A stretch of 64,000 nucleotides of DNA, taken from positions 5,770,855 to 5,834,854 of the forward strand of contig BFEA01000020.1 of assembly GCA_003427395.1 (NCBI GenBank). The letters are read 5' to 3'. Position numbers and translations under genes: made by a program. Below are positions 1-11,323 of this stretch, in pieces (positions within the stretch are counted from its first letter, which is position 1; every line of letters begins with the position of its first letter). The notes under the pieces are model-generated. The model did no database searches. It was not told the DNA's origin and worked only from the letters and a program-made list of their open reading frames with translations. The DNA comes from Chara braunii. Lineage: Eukaryota > Plantae > Charophyceae.

Positions 1-35
1 AGCCTGGCAGTACCGGTAGCTGGACGGGCTGAGGC

Positions 36-66
36 CTGTCTCTTATACACATCTAGATGTGTATAA
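36..66. other. Nextera mate-pair junction adapter (partial), assembly artefact
   Basis: CTGTCTCTTATACACATCT followed by AGATGTGTATAA, i.e. back-to-back Tn5 mosaic ends. Confidence 0.95.
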
Positions 67-110
67 AAAACAGCCCCAAAAAGGATATGGAGCCAGGACC
101 AAAAGGACCT

Positions 111-146
<36 letters not shown>

Positions 147-477
147 AAGAAAAAAGAGAACAACCTCATGGTGTGTAGAAGTGGTTTTCCACTTTTCCTC
201 CTCTGCCTTCTCTTCCCTCCCCAGTGCCTTGTCGTAGAGGACTTTGAACAATGGTTTGCCCTCATTGTTGGCCGCATCCAGTTGGGCCTTTAAGGCTACA
301 AAGGCCTTTACTGTTGTCAAGTTAGAACTACCGGGATTTTCAGCCCGCATCACTAAAAACGATTCAGCAAGTCCCTCAAGATGGGTGCTCTCTCTCTCTC
401 CTCCTTTTGTCCACGAGTCGCTATAGGCATCGAAATATGAACTCTGAAAAAGAAACAGACTGAAAAGTTCAAAGAAA

Positions 478-3016
478 GTTCTATTTTGTCTACAATCTGA
501 TATCAATGAGCCATTTTTCAGTTGGATGGCACCTCCCTTTGAACAATACGCAATCTGCTGACTCATTACTTGTGGAAAGAACAAATGAATGCTGACAACT
601 TCCTACCGAAAGTTGCATGGGAGGTGATCACTCAAACCAGAAGAAATGGTGACTTGTTGTTGTTGGATCCGGAGCGGCACATAGGCTGTCTCTTATACAC
701 ATCTAGATGTGTATAAGAGACAGCCCTTTGAACAATACGCAATCTGCTGACTCATTACTTGTGGAAAGAACAAATGAATGCTGACAACTTCCTACCGAAA
801 GTTGCATGGGAGGTGATCACTCAAACCAGAAGAAATGGTGACTTGTTGTTGTTGGATCCGGAGCGGCACATAGGAGCGTCGCTGGCCCGGTGGGGCCCGT
901 GGGCAGTGGTGGCAGGTCCGTTTGCAGCTTCGAGGAAGTTAGCAGAATTTGAGATGTATGCGCACAGGAATTGGAACAGTGTTAAACATTTGTGGCTTTC
1001 AACGTTTTCCCTGCTTATCTGAGGAAAAGAATGGGGGAAGGGATTTGGGCTGGTATAATCAAAGCCTGGCACCCGGTAGTTCCTCATTTGTCGGAACTGT
1101 CGTTGGTTATGGACCGGATCTTGACGCACCCTCTTTTTGAGAACCCCCGTATCCTTTCACAGGTAGGCAAAATTAATGCTTGTTTTGGACTGGGGGCACT
1201 CGGTGATGCGTGGATGTCGGGGGGCATACTAGGAACTCTCATCCATATTCGAGATGTACAAACTGCGGACTGGAAACCCTTTTCTGAGCTGGCCCCAGCT
1301 CTCAAGCTTGCCGGCCTGTGGCACCAAAGGGAGCATTTGAGTGAACAGGCAGTTCCACAGGATTGGGTGGAAACATTGGTTGGTGAAAGGCCTGATATTT
1401 GAGAAAGAGACGTGGTAAAATAAGGGGCCAGGACCATGAACCGACTATGGTTTGGAAAATGGAAGACCATTCTCCGGTGGCCAACATCCAGTTCTCCTGT
1501 TGGATGATGCAAGGCGGATGGATGTCCATAGGGGAAAAACTCACCTTGGCTCCGCAATAGTTGTCTGTCCCCCCCATTGCAGAATTGCTTCCTTTGTGTG
1601 TTGTACTGCAGTACCAAGACGGCTATAAACCTTACTGCCTCTCTTACTCGGCCTACCTACTGTTCGTGGATCTCAGGAGTTGGGGGTGGGAGAACCCCAA
1701 ACAAAGGCATCAAATTGTATCCCTGTATCAGTATTCCACCAAATTGGGTTACCAGTTATCCACGCCAGAACTTGGGGAGTGGCGAACAGATCGATGGGAA
1801 CTAATTGGATACAAGATTCATTGTTCAGAATTGTCGAAGCGTTGCCTATGTTTTGGAAACAGTTGATGGATTTAGCACTAGTTAAACACACGAGCCTGCT
1901 GTGGCTGATGATGCACCTGTCTCTCCCAGTTGCAGCCTGGTGTTCCACGCGTACATCCAAAGCAACCCCTGGTTGTGAGTTATGTCCGGGGACGAGGATA
2001 GAAGCCATTCACCACTTTGCTCTCCTTTGCAACCTCTCCCGACCTTTTTTGGGATTGGTGGAGGGGAGGATCGGTGCCTGTCCCGGGAGCTGACACAAGG
2101 TGGACAGACCAGTTTGTCCTTATGGGAACACCGGCCCGATCGACGCATCAAGGCAGTCAACTGTATTGTGCAGAAGAGACAATCAGAGGGGCGATTGTGT
2201 GGACTTCATGGACACTGAGAAGCTCTGCGGTGAGAAGGGGAAAACGTTTAACACCTCCAATGGTGAGAGCGGAAGTCAAATATGGCATAAAGCAGACGGC
2301 TCTCGCAGATTGGGAATACAAAATTCAAAAGAAAGGATATTACCCTGCTAAATCACTCAAGCTGTTTGTTACTCGCTGGGGGGCTTTTCTCAGGCTTGTT
2401 GTCAATAGCCCATGAGGAAGGGAAACGGCCAGAACTGAAATTCACTGCCCTTTTCTTATGATTGCTGTGGATACATGTACAAGGCTGCAGATAGTTGTGA
2501 ATGGTATGTGATATTGGTACAACATTGTCGAACCAGTCATGGAAACAGTCATGAACAAGTCCTGGACAGTCAAAGCTAGTCATAGACAAGTTTGGGTGGT
2601 GGTAGATAGCTCACATTGATAGAAGTAGATAGAATTAGATAGTCCTTTGTAGCCCTCCACAGTTCTTCACAGTTGTTCGTAGTTGTTCATAGTTGTAGTT
2701 ATGCGCTGATTGCTGTAGAGAATAGCACATAGCTGTACCTGCTTTTACATCATTGTGATGGCCAGTTGATTGTTAGTTGATTGTTAGATAACGAAGGAAG
2801 AAGCGTGTCCACTGTAACGAGCTCACAGAGGGATGACTGGATGATGAGAAGGGCATAGAGCCGGCCAATATCAGTTTCTCTGCTGCGATTGGGGTTAAGC
2901 CCGACCGGAGAGCCCGGCTCATCCCCTCAGGCCGTGGCTAATGATGTGGGGGATGCTGGGCTCATTTACCAGCAATTTATGAAATCTTCCTTTTTCTTAA
3001 AAAAAAAAAAAAAAAA
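478..3016 (+). mobile_element. 5'-truncated L1/Tx1-like LINE, family A (post-RT ORF2, zf-RVT, 3'UTR, poly(A))
   Basis: Frameshifted peptides STIWY..IRNLLTHYLW, LLDPERH, LLWLMMHLSLPV..CELC..EAIHHFALLC; poly(A) at 2999-3016; homologous to 28195-35085 and 32285-34098. Confidence 0.85.
686..723. other. Nextera mate-pair junction adapter (complete), assembly artefact
   Basis: Exact CTGTCTCTTATACACATCTAGATGTGTATAAGAGACAG; flanked by an identical ~150-bp duplication (535-685 / 724-874). Confidence 0.98.
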
Positions 3017-3280
3017 GAGAAAGGATATAGATGAGGCATGTAATGCATGCATTTCTAAAAAACATGTCGATAATTGTTTTGCTGAAAAAAGATACAGGTG
3101 AGGCATGTTATTATCTGGGTTACCGAACGGGGATTCGAACTCGAGTCTGTATTTCAAATTTTCAACAGTTCATGGGTGTACCAGACAGATTCCAGCAATA
3201 GCTAAGCGACTCCACCCATGGCTGAGATCGCCAGGAGTTCAATAATCTTTCTTCTCTTTTTTGTTTGCTTGCTAATTAAC

Positions 3281-3282
<2 letters not shown>

Positions 3283-3340
<58 letters not shown>
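3283..3340. repeat. (GT)n microsatellite
   Basis: Direct inspection. Confidence 0.98.
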
Positions 3341-3344
<4 letters not shown>

Positions 3345-4119
3345 GTAGTCTTCCTGGCAAGCCTGACATGTTGCGGTCATCGCCACACGGCCAGATGGCA
3401 GGAACAGAGCACAGTCACCAGATCTTGGGAAGAAAGACCAAAAGGGAAGTCATCGGCCCCACATCACATTACGCGGCAGTTTTGTACATCTATCCAGCAC
3501 TGGTGATGCCACTCAGACTTGAGCCTGCTGGAGCTCTCCTCTGTATATCTCATCGTTTTAATGTTTGTTTTAGTGTCCCCCCCCCTCCCGCCTCCCCCCT
3601 CCCCGCTCCCCCCTCCCCAAATCTGATCTGCAATGTTGGCTCGCAGTCTGGAAAAGAGTTTACAGTTACTTTGTCACTGGTTAGAAACCGATGTCTCTGG
3701 TTAGTGACACAAGGTCAGGGACGGTTTTCTTTCTTTTCTTTTTCTTACATTTTATAATTTTTCCTTTAAATTATTATATTTTGTTGGAGACTGTTTTCTT
3801 GGTTTTCTTAAATACCATTCAGTTTACTTGTGATGCTCTCAATTGTTTTTTTTTTATGCAAGGAATATGAGTGAGAGCGATAGACAGATATTCCAAGTTG
3901 CAAAATCACAAAGAAGCTCAGATAGTCATGAACCAAGCGGAGAGTTCAATGCACCAAGATACCGTCCAAATAAGAGCAATACAATGAACTCAAATGTCAA
4001 TGTCGTCACTCTCTGGTCACACCAACACTGTATCCAATATCGCACTTACTGTCTGGCGCCCAGCGCCCAGCCTATTCTGCTAAGCCTATATAGCCTTATC
4101 TACGTTCTTGCAACTGGAT

Positions 4120-4930
4120 CAATCTGAAGTCGAAGACCAATGTAAGTGACGTAAACACCAATGCCGACCACCAGCATACACCAGGTAAGTTCTCTCTCCT
4201 CCCCTCATCACCCCTCGTCTTCCCACAGCATGCGCCTCCTACTCGAAGACCACCTTCGGCATCACCCGCCCTGTGCCCCAGCTGCCCGGCTACGGCTGCT
4301 GTGCGCCCGCTGCTTCAGCAGCGCCCCCTTCACCACTGCGCCCGTGCGCGCGCCCATGCAGACACTAGCGTCGCAATGCAGCAGCGTGTCCGCATTGCCT
4401 GCCTAGGCCAGAATGCCACTGCCAGAGGCTCACACTTTCCTTTATGGAAAGTGTGTGGCTGCTGGCTGTCCTGGTTGGGCGTGTGGGGGCCCAGTAGCTT
4501 CAGTTGGGCCCCAAGTGTCTGGGCCCAGGCCCAGTTTCCGTAACTGGTCTGGCCCTCGTGCAGTTAGGCACGTTCAGGCAGCCACCCACCCTCCGAGTGT
4601 TTGCAGCGTTCTCATGGGCTCGTGGCACATGTGTGACGACAATGCTACTTCCTCATTGGCCCGTAACCAGTCCGTGATGTGTCGGCCTCACACAGCGTGT
4701 GCCCAGGGCGCAACCGCCTCAACTGTACAGCGCAGCCCTTTGTTTTTGGAAAAGAGCCTGGAGGCTCATGTTGTGCTGTAACCAACTGGCGTGCTGCAAC
4801 TGTCTGAGTACCCACATATGGAAAAATTGTCAAGAACAGGCCTCACGTGGATATTCAGGCCCTCCTTCACTTAGGGCGGGCACGAGGCTTGCTGGGGGCC
4901 ACAGCCCAGAGCACTCGAATGTCTGATAAT
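4120..4930. repeat. Dispersed repeat related to 62990-63490, possibly LTR-derived
   Basis: Shared blocks TCACCCCTCRTCTTCCC, CCMGGCTAYGGCTGCTRTGC and CCCAGTAGCT; the partner lies just 3' of a chromodomain ORF. Confidence 0.4.
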
Positions 4931-5032
4931 GGCTCTGTGGCGCTCATTCCTCCCATTTTTTTATTTATTTTTTCCGCCGCTTGAGATAATTGCAGACAAG
5001 CATTCTGTAAACTAGACCAGGGTCTAATTTAA

Positions 5033-5064
<32 letters not shown>

Positions 5065-5638
5065 AAAAGAAAAGAAAAGAAAGAGAGCAGGGTGAGGATA
5101 AGTAATCCGGGCATTCCATGTGGACGCCGCCAGAGGGCTCTGCGCCATTATTGTTCAATTTTACCAATATAAAGAGCTCGTGCCTGATTTACAGTGTCAT
5201 AATGCTTTCTTCCTTCTCTCTCTTCTCATCATCACTCTCCTTCTTCCCAATCCTCATTTGACTTCATTTCTTATCCTGTCGAAGAGGTGTGGTGCTTTCC
5301 ATATGTTTATGGTATGGCGTGAAGATCGGTGGTTCCCTTGGTTTATGACTTCGCGCTTCGTGCTTGTGCACGGCGCCCGGTTGCTTCGTGTCATCAGACC
5401 TGACGCGTTGCACTTTCCACTCCACATTCTGGAGTCCTGATATACTCAGATGAATAAAGTAACTCTGTTTTTTTTACGTTTTTATTTTCTTTTTCTTTTC
5501 TGACAAGTTAAGTAACGCTTACTTGTGTCAGAAGACTCAGAATTGGTATCAAAAGGCGACTGTCGTATGAACCAGGAATCAGGAAAAGTGATATCATCAC
5601 AGCTTTCTTTTCCTTTTTTTTTCCCTTCTTTCGCTTAG

Positions 5639-5883
5639 AATTTGTTGGAGCATTTCAAGATTTAGGGCATCCCCACACCTCTCTCGAAATCTGCAAAATG
5701 AGAATGAACTTCCTGCTAGAACACGGCCAGATGAGCCCGCCAGATTTTTGTCTTTTTCACATTTCGAGAGTGGTGTGGCGAGGCCCTTATGCTTGTCATC
5801 CTTGCACAGGGGCCATGCTAATCAATCTTCTCTGTGTCATTCCAATTTCCAACGGGGTCTTTCTTCCAATGGCTGTCCCGAAA
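5639..5883 (-). pseudogene. U6: U6 snRNA pseudogene (probable retrocopy) interrupted by a MITE
   Basis: Minus strand reads AAATTGGAATGACACAGAGAAGATTGATTAGCATGGCCCCTGTGCAAGGATGACAAGCATAA[MITE]ATCTTGAAATGCTCCAA; decayed T-tract (poly(A) tail) at ~5606-5632. Confidence 0.85.
5665..5786. mobile_element. PIF/Harbinger (Tourist-like) MITE
   Basis: TIRs GGGCATCCCCACACCTCTCTCGAAAT / rc GGGCCTCGCCACACCACTCTCGAAAT; TTA TSD at 5662-5664 and 5787-5789; removing it restores U6 colinearity. Confidence 0.85.
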
Positions 5884-5894
5884 AAAAAAAAAAA

Positions 5895-6379
5895 NNNNNN
5901 NNNNNNNNNNNNNNNNNNNNNNNNNNNNNNNNNNNNNNNNNNNNNNNNNNNNNNNNNNNNNNNNNNNNNNNNNNNNNNNNNNNNNNNNNNNNNNNNNNNN
6001 NNNNNNNNNNNNNNNNNNNNNNNNNNNNNNNNNNNNNNNNNNNNNNNNNNNNNNNNNNNNNNNNNNNNNNNNNNNNNNNNNNNNNNNNNNNNNNNNNNNN
6101 NNNNNNNNNNNNNNNNNNNNNNNNNNNNNNNNNNNNNNNNNNNNNNNNNNNNNNNNNNNNNNNNNNNNNNNNNNNNNNNNNNNNNNNNNNNNNNNNNNNN
6201 NNNNNNNNNNNNNNNNNNNNNNNNNNNNNNNNNNNNNNNNNNNNNNNNNNNNNNNNNNNNNNNNNNNNNNNNNNNNNNNNNNNNNNNNNNNNNNNNNNNN
6301 NNNNNNNNNNNNNNNNNNNNNNNNNNNNNNNNNNNNNNNNNNNNNNNNNNNNNNNNNNNNNNNNNNNNNNNNNNNNNNN
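5895..6379. other. Assembly gap (others at 35874-36000, 37583-37991, 43636-44529)
   Basis: Runs of N. Confidence 1.
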
Positions 6380-6599
6380 CTAAGGCTTTTATGGGTCACT
6401 CCATCTATTGGTGGGGAGCTGCACCTGCTGGAAAACGGGTCCAGCGTCCCTTCAGAAACATCGAAAAATACTGATACAGACTGGACTTGAGCCTCTTCAC
6501 CCTGAGTCGGGCGCCAGAATGAACCTTTTATCCTAGCCCTACGTGCCGTCTGACTGAAAACAACAGAAGAAAGCCAACTGCCTCTAGAACTACTAGAAT

Positions 6600-9500
6600 T
6601 ACTGATTCTCCCTTCCCACCGGGAGAACCGAAACCTCCAAGGCATCCAAGCCATGCCATGACAAAGGGACAATTGCGGCAGAGGGGGAAAGGGGTTGGGG
6701 AAGTCCTGCATAGGGCGGAGAGGGATGGAGGCGTCCACATCAGTCCAATCATTGAATATCACTTTGTAATTTCTATTCATTTCTCGCCTCTCTTCTCCAT
6801 TTTCGCCTTTCCATTCGATCCTACAAATTTCACCCCCTTTGTCCCCCCCTAGCCAGTTGTTGCTAAAAGATTTGAAAGCTTTGAGGATGTCCTCCTTTGA
6901 CGAGTCACATCGTAGTTTGTCCTTTAACTTTTCCCATTGCATCAAAATGTCTGTTTGAATTTGTTGTTTAATTGTTTCAGTAAATTCTGGGCCATATACC
7001 TTTCTCGGCCTTTTGGCTAAGATCAAGTGTAGTATCTGTTCTGATCAGTTTAATATCTGATCTGTGGTCCATCGGGCCTAAAAAAAAATAATAAAAAAAA
7101 AATAAAAATAAAAAAAATTATGGGCCATCGAGTCTTGCCCCTTCCCATTCATTGGTAAACCTCCTCTGCCAAGTGGCCCAGAGGATTGCTCCTCTTCCCA
7201 GAGTTAACATATTTTGAGTGAAGTTGTCATCGTGGGCTGGGATCCAGACTTCCAGTAGAAATACCTTCCATCCCCAGGACCATTGTTGAGATGTTTCCAG
7301 TTGGTCCCAGATGCGGTCCCACCATCTCCAGAGCCAAACGGCGCCTGGACAAGACAAAAAGATATGTTCTATAGTCTTCGGGATTTTTCTGCTGGGGAAA
7401 GCCGATTTACAGAGCTTACACCAAGGGTCCGCCAACCCCCTTGCCTCCAGAGAGGATCTGTTTATCAACCCCCTTGTCATTTGTGGGAAGACATAGACAT
7501 CGGTGTTCAATCTGCCACTGAAGAGAAACAATCTTAAATGGTTTTGATGTTACTGCTTTAAACCAGTGCACATGCCTCAAGTCTTCCTGACTTATGTTCA
7601 ACTGCTGCATCCATCTCGTGGAGACTCTGTCAATCAGATTAATTATGGGTTTTAGCATACGGTAAGTAGACTTGACTGATAAAGAGTGCAGTGAGCGCGT
7701 ATAGTCTCTCCTTTTCATGTTTTGTGCTCCCCAAGTCCAGCATGTTGGATCTATTGGAAGGTATGAGATCTCAAATGAGGGTCTAAAGGCCAACCATGAT
7801 GAAGAGTCCTTCTGAAGCAATCTGATCCTAAATAATTGGTCTTTTGGTACCCATTGAGTCTTCTTTTGTGGAAGTTTAGTTACTATGTGATCGTCGCTTA
7901 ATTGGAAGAACGAGATAAGCATTAGGGAGTCTTCGGGGGGAACTACGATATTCCCCACTAAGTGGGGCTCGTTTCTTATGCCCACCCGATCGCTTTCCTA
8001 GAGATTCCTTCCTTTTTTGAGTATCCTAATCCAATCTAAAGGAATTAAGTCCACGATCCTCTCTAGGCTTTCATTAACCCGATCGCAGTGTTTGAGCTTG
8101 GTGCGTAGTAAGTCTGGAAGAATCCAATCTTGGGTTCTTTCATCCCATATGTCCTTCATTCTTGCAATACATTTTCTTATCCATCCTTTCCAGAGACTCT
8201 CATTACACTGTAAGGTATAGCCTTGGGGGTCTCTGATCCATTCATTGTTGAAGATTGGTTGGCGAATAATCTCTTCCCACCTTTTGGGAGGGTGTCTCTC
8301 CGGTATGGGGATTTTCCTCCACGTCTTCAAAATTTTGATCCAAAATGGGTCTTTTCTAATATCCTGCCTAGTCGCTTCCTTGGTTTAGAGTCTTTTGCAT
8401 GCTTTTGAGAATTGGTCATTCTCGGTTTTCCAACCACATAGCCGGGTCTACTGTGCTGTCAGTTGGGGGGGGTAGTCTCCTCAATTGTTCCCATGAGAGC
8501 GTGTTCCACGATGTTTGTGGGTTGAAAAGAAGCCTCTTGATCCATTGTAATGAGAGAGCTATAGTTTGAGTGGATGGATCAATGATGCCCAACCCGCCTT
8601 TTGATTTGAGTTGAATTATGGATGTCCAGGTTACTCTACTGATGACATTATTATAATCATGATCACCTCTCTAGAGGAAGGCCCTGAGGCGTTGTTGAAA
8701 CAATTTGATCGAGGGTTCGTCTAAAGCCCATATGGCTGATTTGTACCAGGTTGAGGCTAAGATAACATTGTTGATTACTAAAGAGTGACCCATAATAGAA
8801 GTATGTTTATTTTTCCATACTTCGAGTTTGGACAGGGCGCTTTGCATAATCCTTTCATTGGTTGTTTATTGGTTTACCTTATGGAGATAGGAAGATGCCT
8901 AGGATTCTAATAGGAATATCCTTAGGGACCCACTTAATACGGGGGGTTTCCGGTGGTCTTACCCCTTGGTGATGGATCCACCATCCTACGGTTTTGTCCC
9001 CCCAATTGACCTTCATGTCAGATAATCTACAGAATTTTTGTAATTCTTTAATTGCTTCCATGTTTTCAAAGGTTGCATGTACCATTACGGAGAGATCGTC
9101 TACGAAAAGTGAACAGACAGAAATTGTTTCCTCGGGTATAAAGGAGATTTGTATTCTTTTGATATCTTTATGGTGGTTGAGATTGACAACTAGGGCCTCC
9201 ATGATTATGATGAACAAGAAAGGTGTTAGAGGGTCACCATGTCTGACCGATCTCTGTAGGTAGATTGAGGGGGTGACGTTTCCTTTTATGGAGACTCTGG
9301 TGGATGCATTTTTATGCATTATTTTTATCCATCTCTTGAAGTGTGGGCCAAAGTTCATCTTTTCGAGACATTTGTCTAAGAAAAAACAGTCCACATGGTC
9401 ATATGGTTTCTCAAAATCAATGAAGATTAATGTTGCGTTGTGTTTAGACTGGCGGGAAATTCTTAGGAGCTCGTTTATAAGTAGGATGTTGTCTTGAATA

Positions 9501-11321
9501 TTTCGGCCCGTGATGAACCAAGTTTGTGTCGGGTGGATGATGTCCGTTATGATGTTTAACAATCTGTCTGCTAGCACCTTACCTTTCAGCTTGTACACTA
9601 CTGTTAGGAGGGTGATTGTTCTGTAGTTTCTAATATTTGATTTGTCCCATTTCTTATAAAGGAGAGTGAGAACCCCTTGACTTACTATCTCCCCCATATG
9701 CCCAGAAGTCCAGACCGCATGATAATAGTCCATTAGGTCTTGAGATAGGAGGTCCCACATGATTTCCCAAAATTCTTTGGGGAGGCCGTCTATGCCTGAC
9801 ATCTTTTCTTCCTCCATTAGAATTAAAGTTTTCCAGATTTTTTCCTTTGGGAGTCCATGATTGCCCTTTTTAAGGGGAGAAGAAACTCATGTATCTTTGT
9901 GACCCTCTGAGGTTTGGGGATAGAAGTATTATTTGACGTGAAGAGGTCTTTGTAAAATTATCTTGTTATCTTAGTGGTGGTCGCTGTGGAGGTGGCAAGG
10001 GGAGCATTCCTGTCAAAAGGGTCAGCCAAGACTTCGATTGTGGTTCTTCCTATTCTTGCTCTAACCAAAGAAAAAATCTAGCGTCAATGGCTCCTTCCAT
10101 TTGATGAATATTAAGGTTCCTCTAATCCTAGTGCCTTGCCATCTATACTCCTTGATCTTCAGGATTTGATCCTCCATATCTCTTATCTTTTCTGCCAGAT
10201 GTTCTAGATCCTCTAGGGAGGATGAGGAAGTTTCCTGGTCTTGAAGATCTTGAATTTTTTTGTGTAGTTTCGTTTCTTGTTGATATCTTAGTTTGGCTAG
10301 AGTTTGGAGTATTCATTCCATTTACGGCCTATGAATACTAAACCGTTATTGAACCATTATAAACTAGGGGTCTTTATTCCCTCCAGAAGCCTCATACATC
10401 TTTGAGATATTTTTGGAAACTAGTGTCTTTGAGAAGAGATGTGTTGAGTTTGTAGTAACCCGTACCTTGGTTTGACTTCTTGCGAAAAGATAAAACTACC
10501 ATACCCATGAAGTGATCCAGGTCGGGGAAAGGGCTACGTTGTAAAATATTTGCAAACTGGAGGGCACCTTGTAGCTGTTCTGACACTAGGATGAGATCGA
10601 TTCTGGATTTAGTGCTTCTATTTGCTTTATTTTTCCTAAAACATGAAAAAATATTTGTTGTTGGGTTAAGTCTTCTAAATGAGTCAAAGAGATTGGATGT
10701 ATGACACAGATAAGTTATTATTACTTCATCCGTCTCTATGTAAGGCGGACAGGGGGAGGGGATGGTCCATCTATCTAGATTACGATCCGGTGCTGCATTG
10801 AAGTCCCATGCCAAAATGACTGGGAACCCAGTTGGGAGGCGATGTGGTATATTTTCAAAGAATGTTCGGCGTTCACCAGGTTCATTAGGTCCATATATAT
10901 TCAGTATACTAACAACCTCAAGTTTCACCCTAGCTAGGATGTAAACCCATCTCCCTTCTTGTTTATCTGCTTCCCATTCCAACACCTCTAACTTGGACTC
11001 TGGTGGTATCCATATTGCGACTCCTGCGCTCCCTGATTTAGAGGCTTGCACACTATATGTAATGTAGGGTCAAATTTCCTTGTGATTATGATTGTGTAAA
11101 GGTGTGTCCATCAGGTGTGTTTCCTGGATGCAGATTACATCTGGTCAATCCCTTCCCCCTACTCCTTTGAGGAGTTTCATTATGGTTTGCCTTTTGTTTT
11201 TCTTGGCTGAGGCGAGGCCATTAATATTGAGAGTTCTGAGGTCCAAGTCAGCATTCCTCTTGAGGAGTTTCCAGTTGTTGTCTTTACTATATAGCAGATC
11301 CAAATGATTCACTTCAACCAT
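6600..11321 (-). pseudogene. LINE ORF2 (APE endonuclease, reverse transcriptase, zf-RVT, C-terminal domain), disrupted by stops and frameshifts
   Basis: APE motifs LRTLNINGL, PDVICIQETH, NIYGPN, ILAWDFN, SRIDLI, LDH; RT motifs GIDGLPKEFW, NYRTITLL, IDFEKPYDHV, SVRHGDPLTPFLF, LFVDD, RILGI; LQWQIEHRCL..CKLC..KTIEHIFLSC. Confidence 0.93.
6996..7078 (+). pseudogene. U2: 3'-truncated U2 snRNA retrocopy with poly(A) tail and TSD
   Basis: ATACCTTTCTCGGCCTTTTGGCTAAGATCAAGTGTAGTATCTGTTCTGATCAGTTTAATATCTGAT is the plant U2 5' end; A-tail 7080-7117; TSD AAATT(C/A)TGGGCCAT at 6982-6995 and 7115-7128. Confidence 0.95.
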
Positions 11322-11323
11322 TA

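Noticed and set aside
36-723. Tn5 mosaic ends as a bacterial transposon or horizontal transfer
   Set aside because: They are the exact back-to-back Nextera mate-pair junction sequence, and no transposase is present.
5543-5556. TGGTATCA as a tRNA-Met primer binding site
   Set aside because: Only 8 nt match and I could not define an adjacent LTR.
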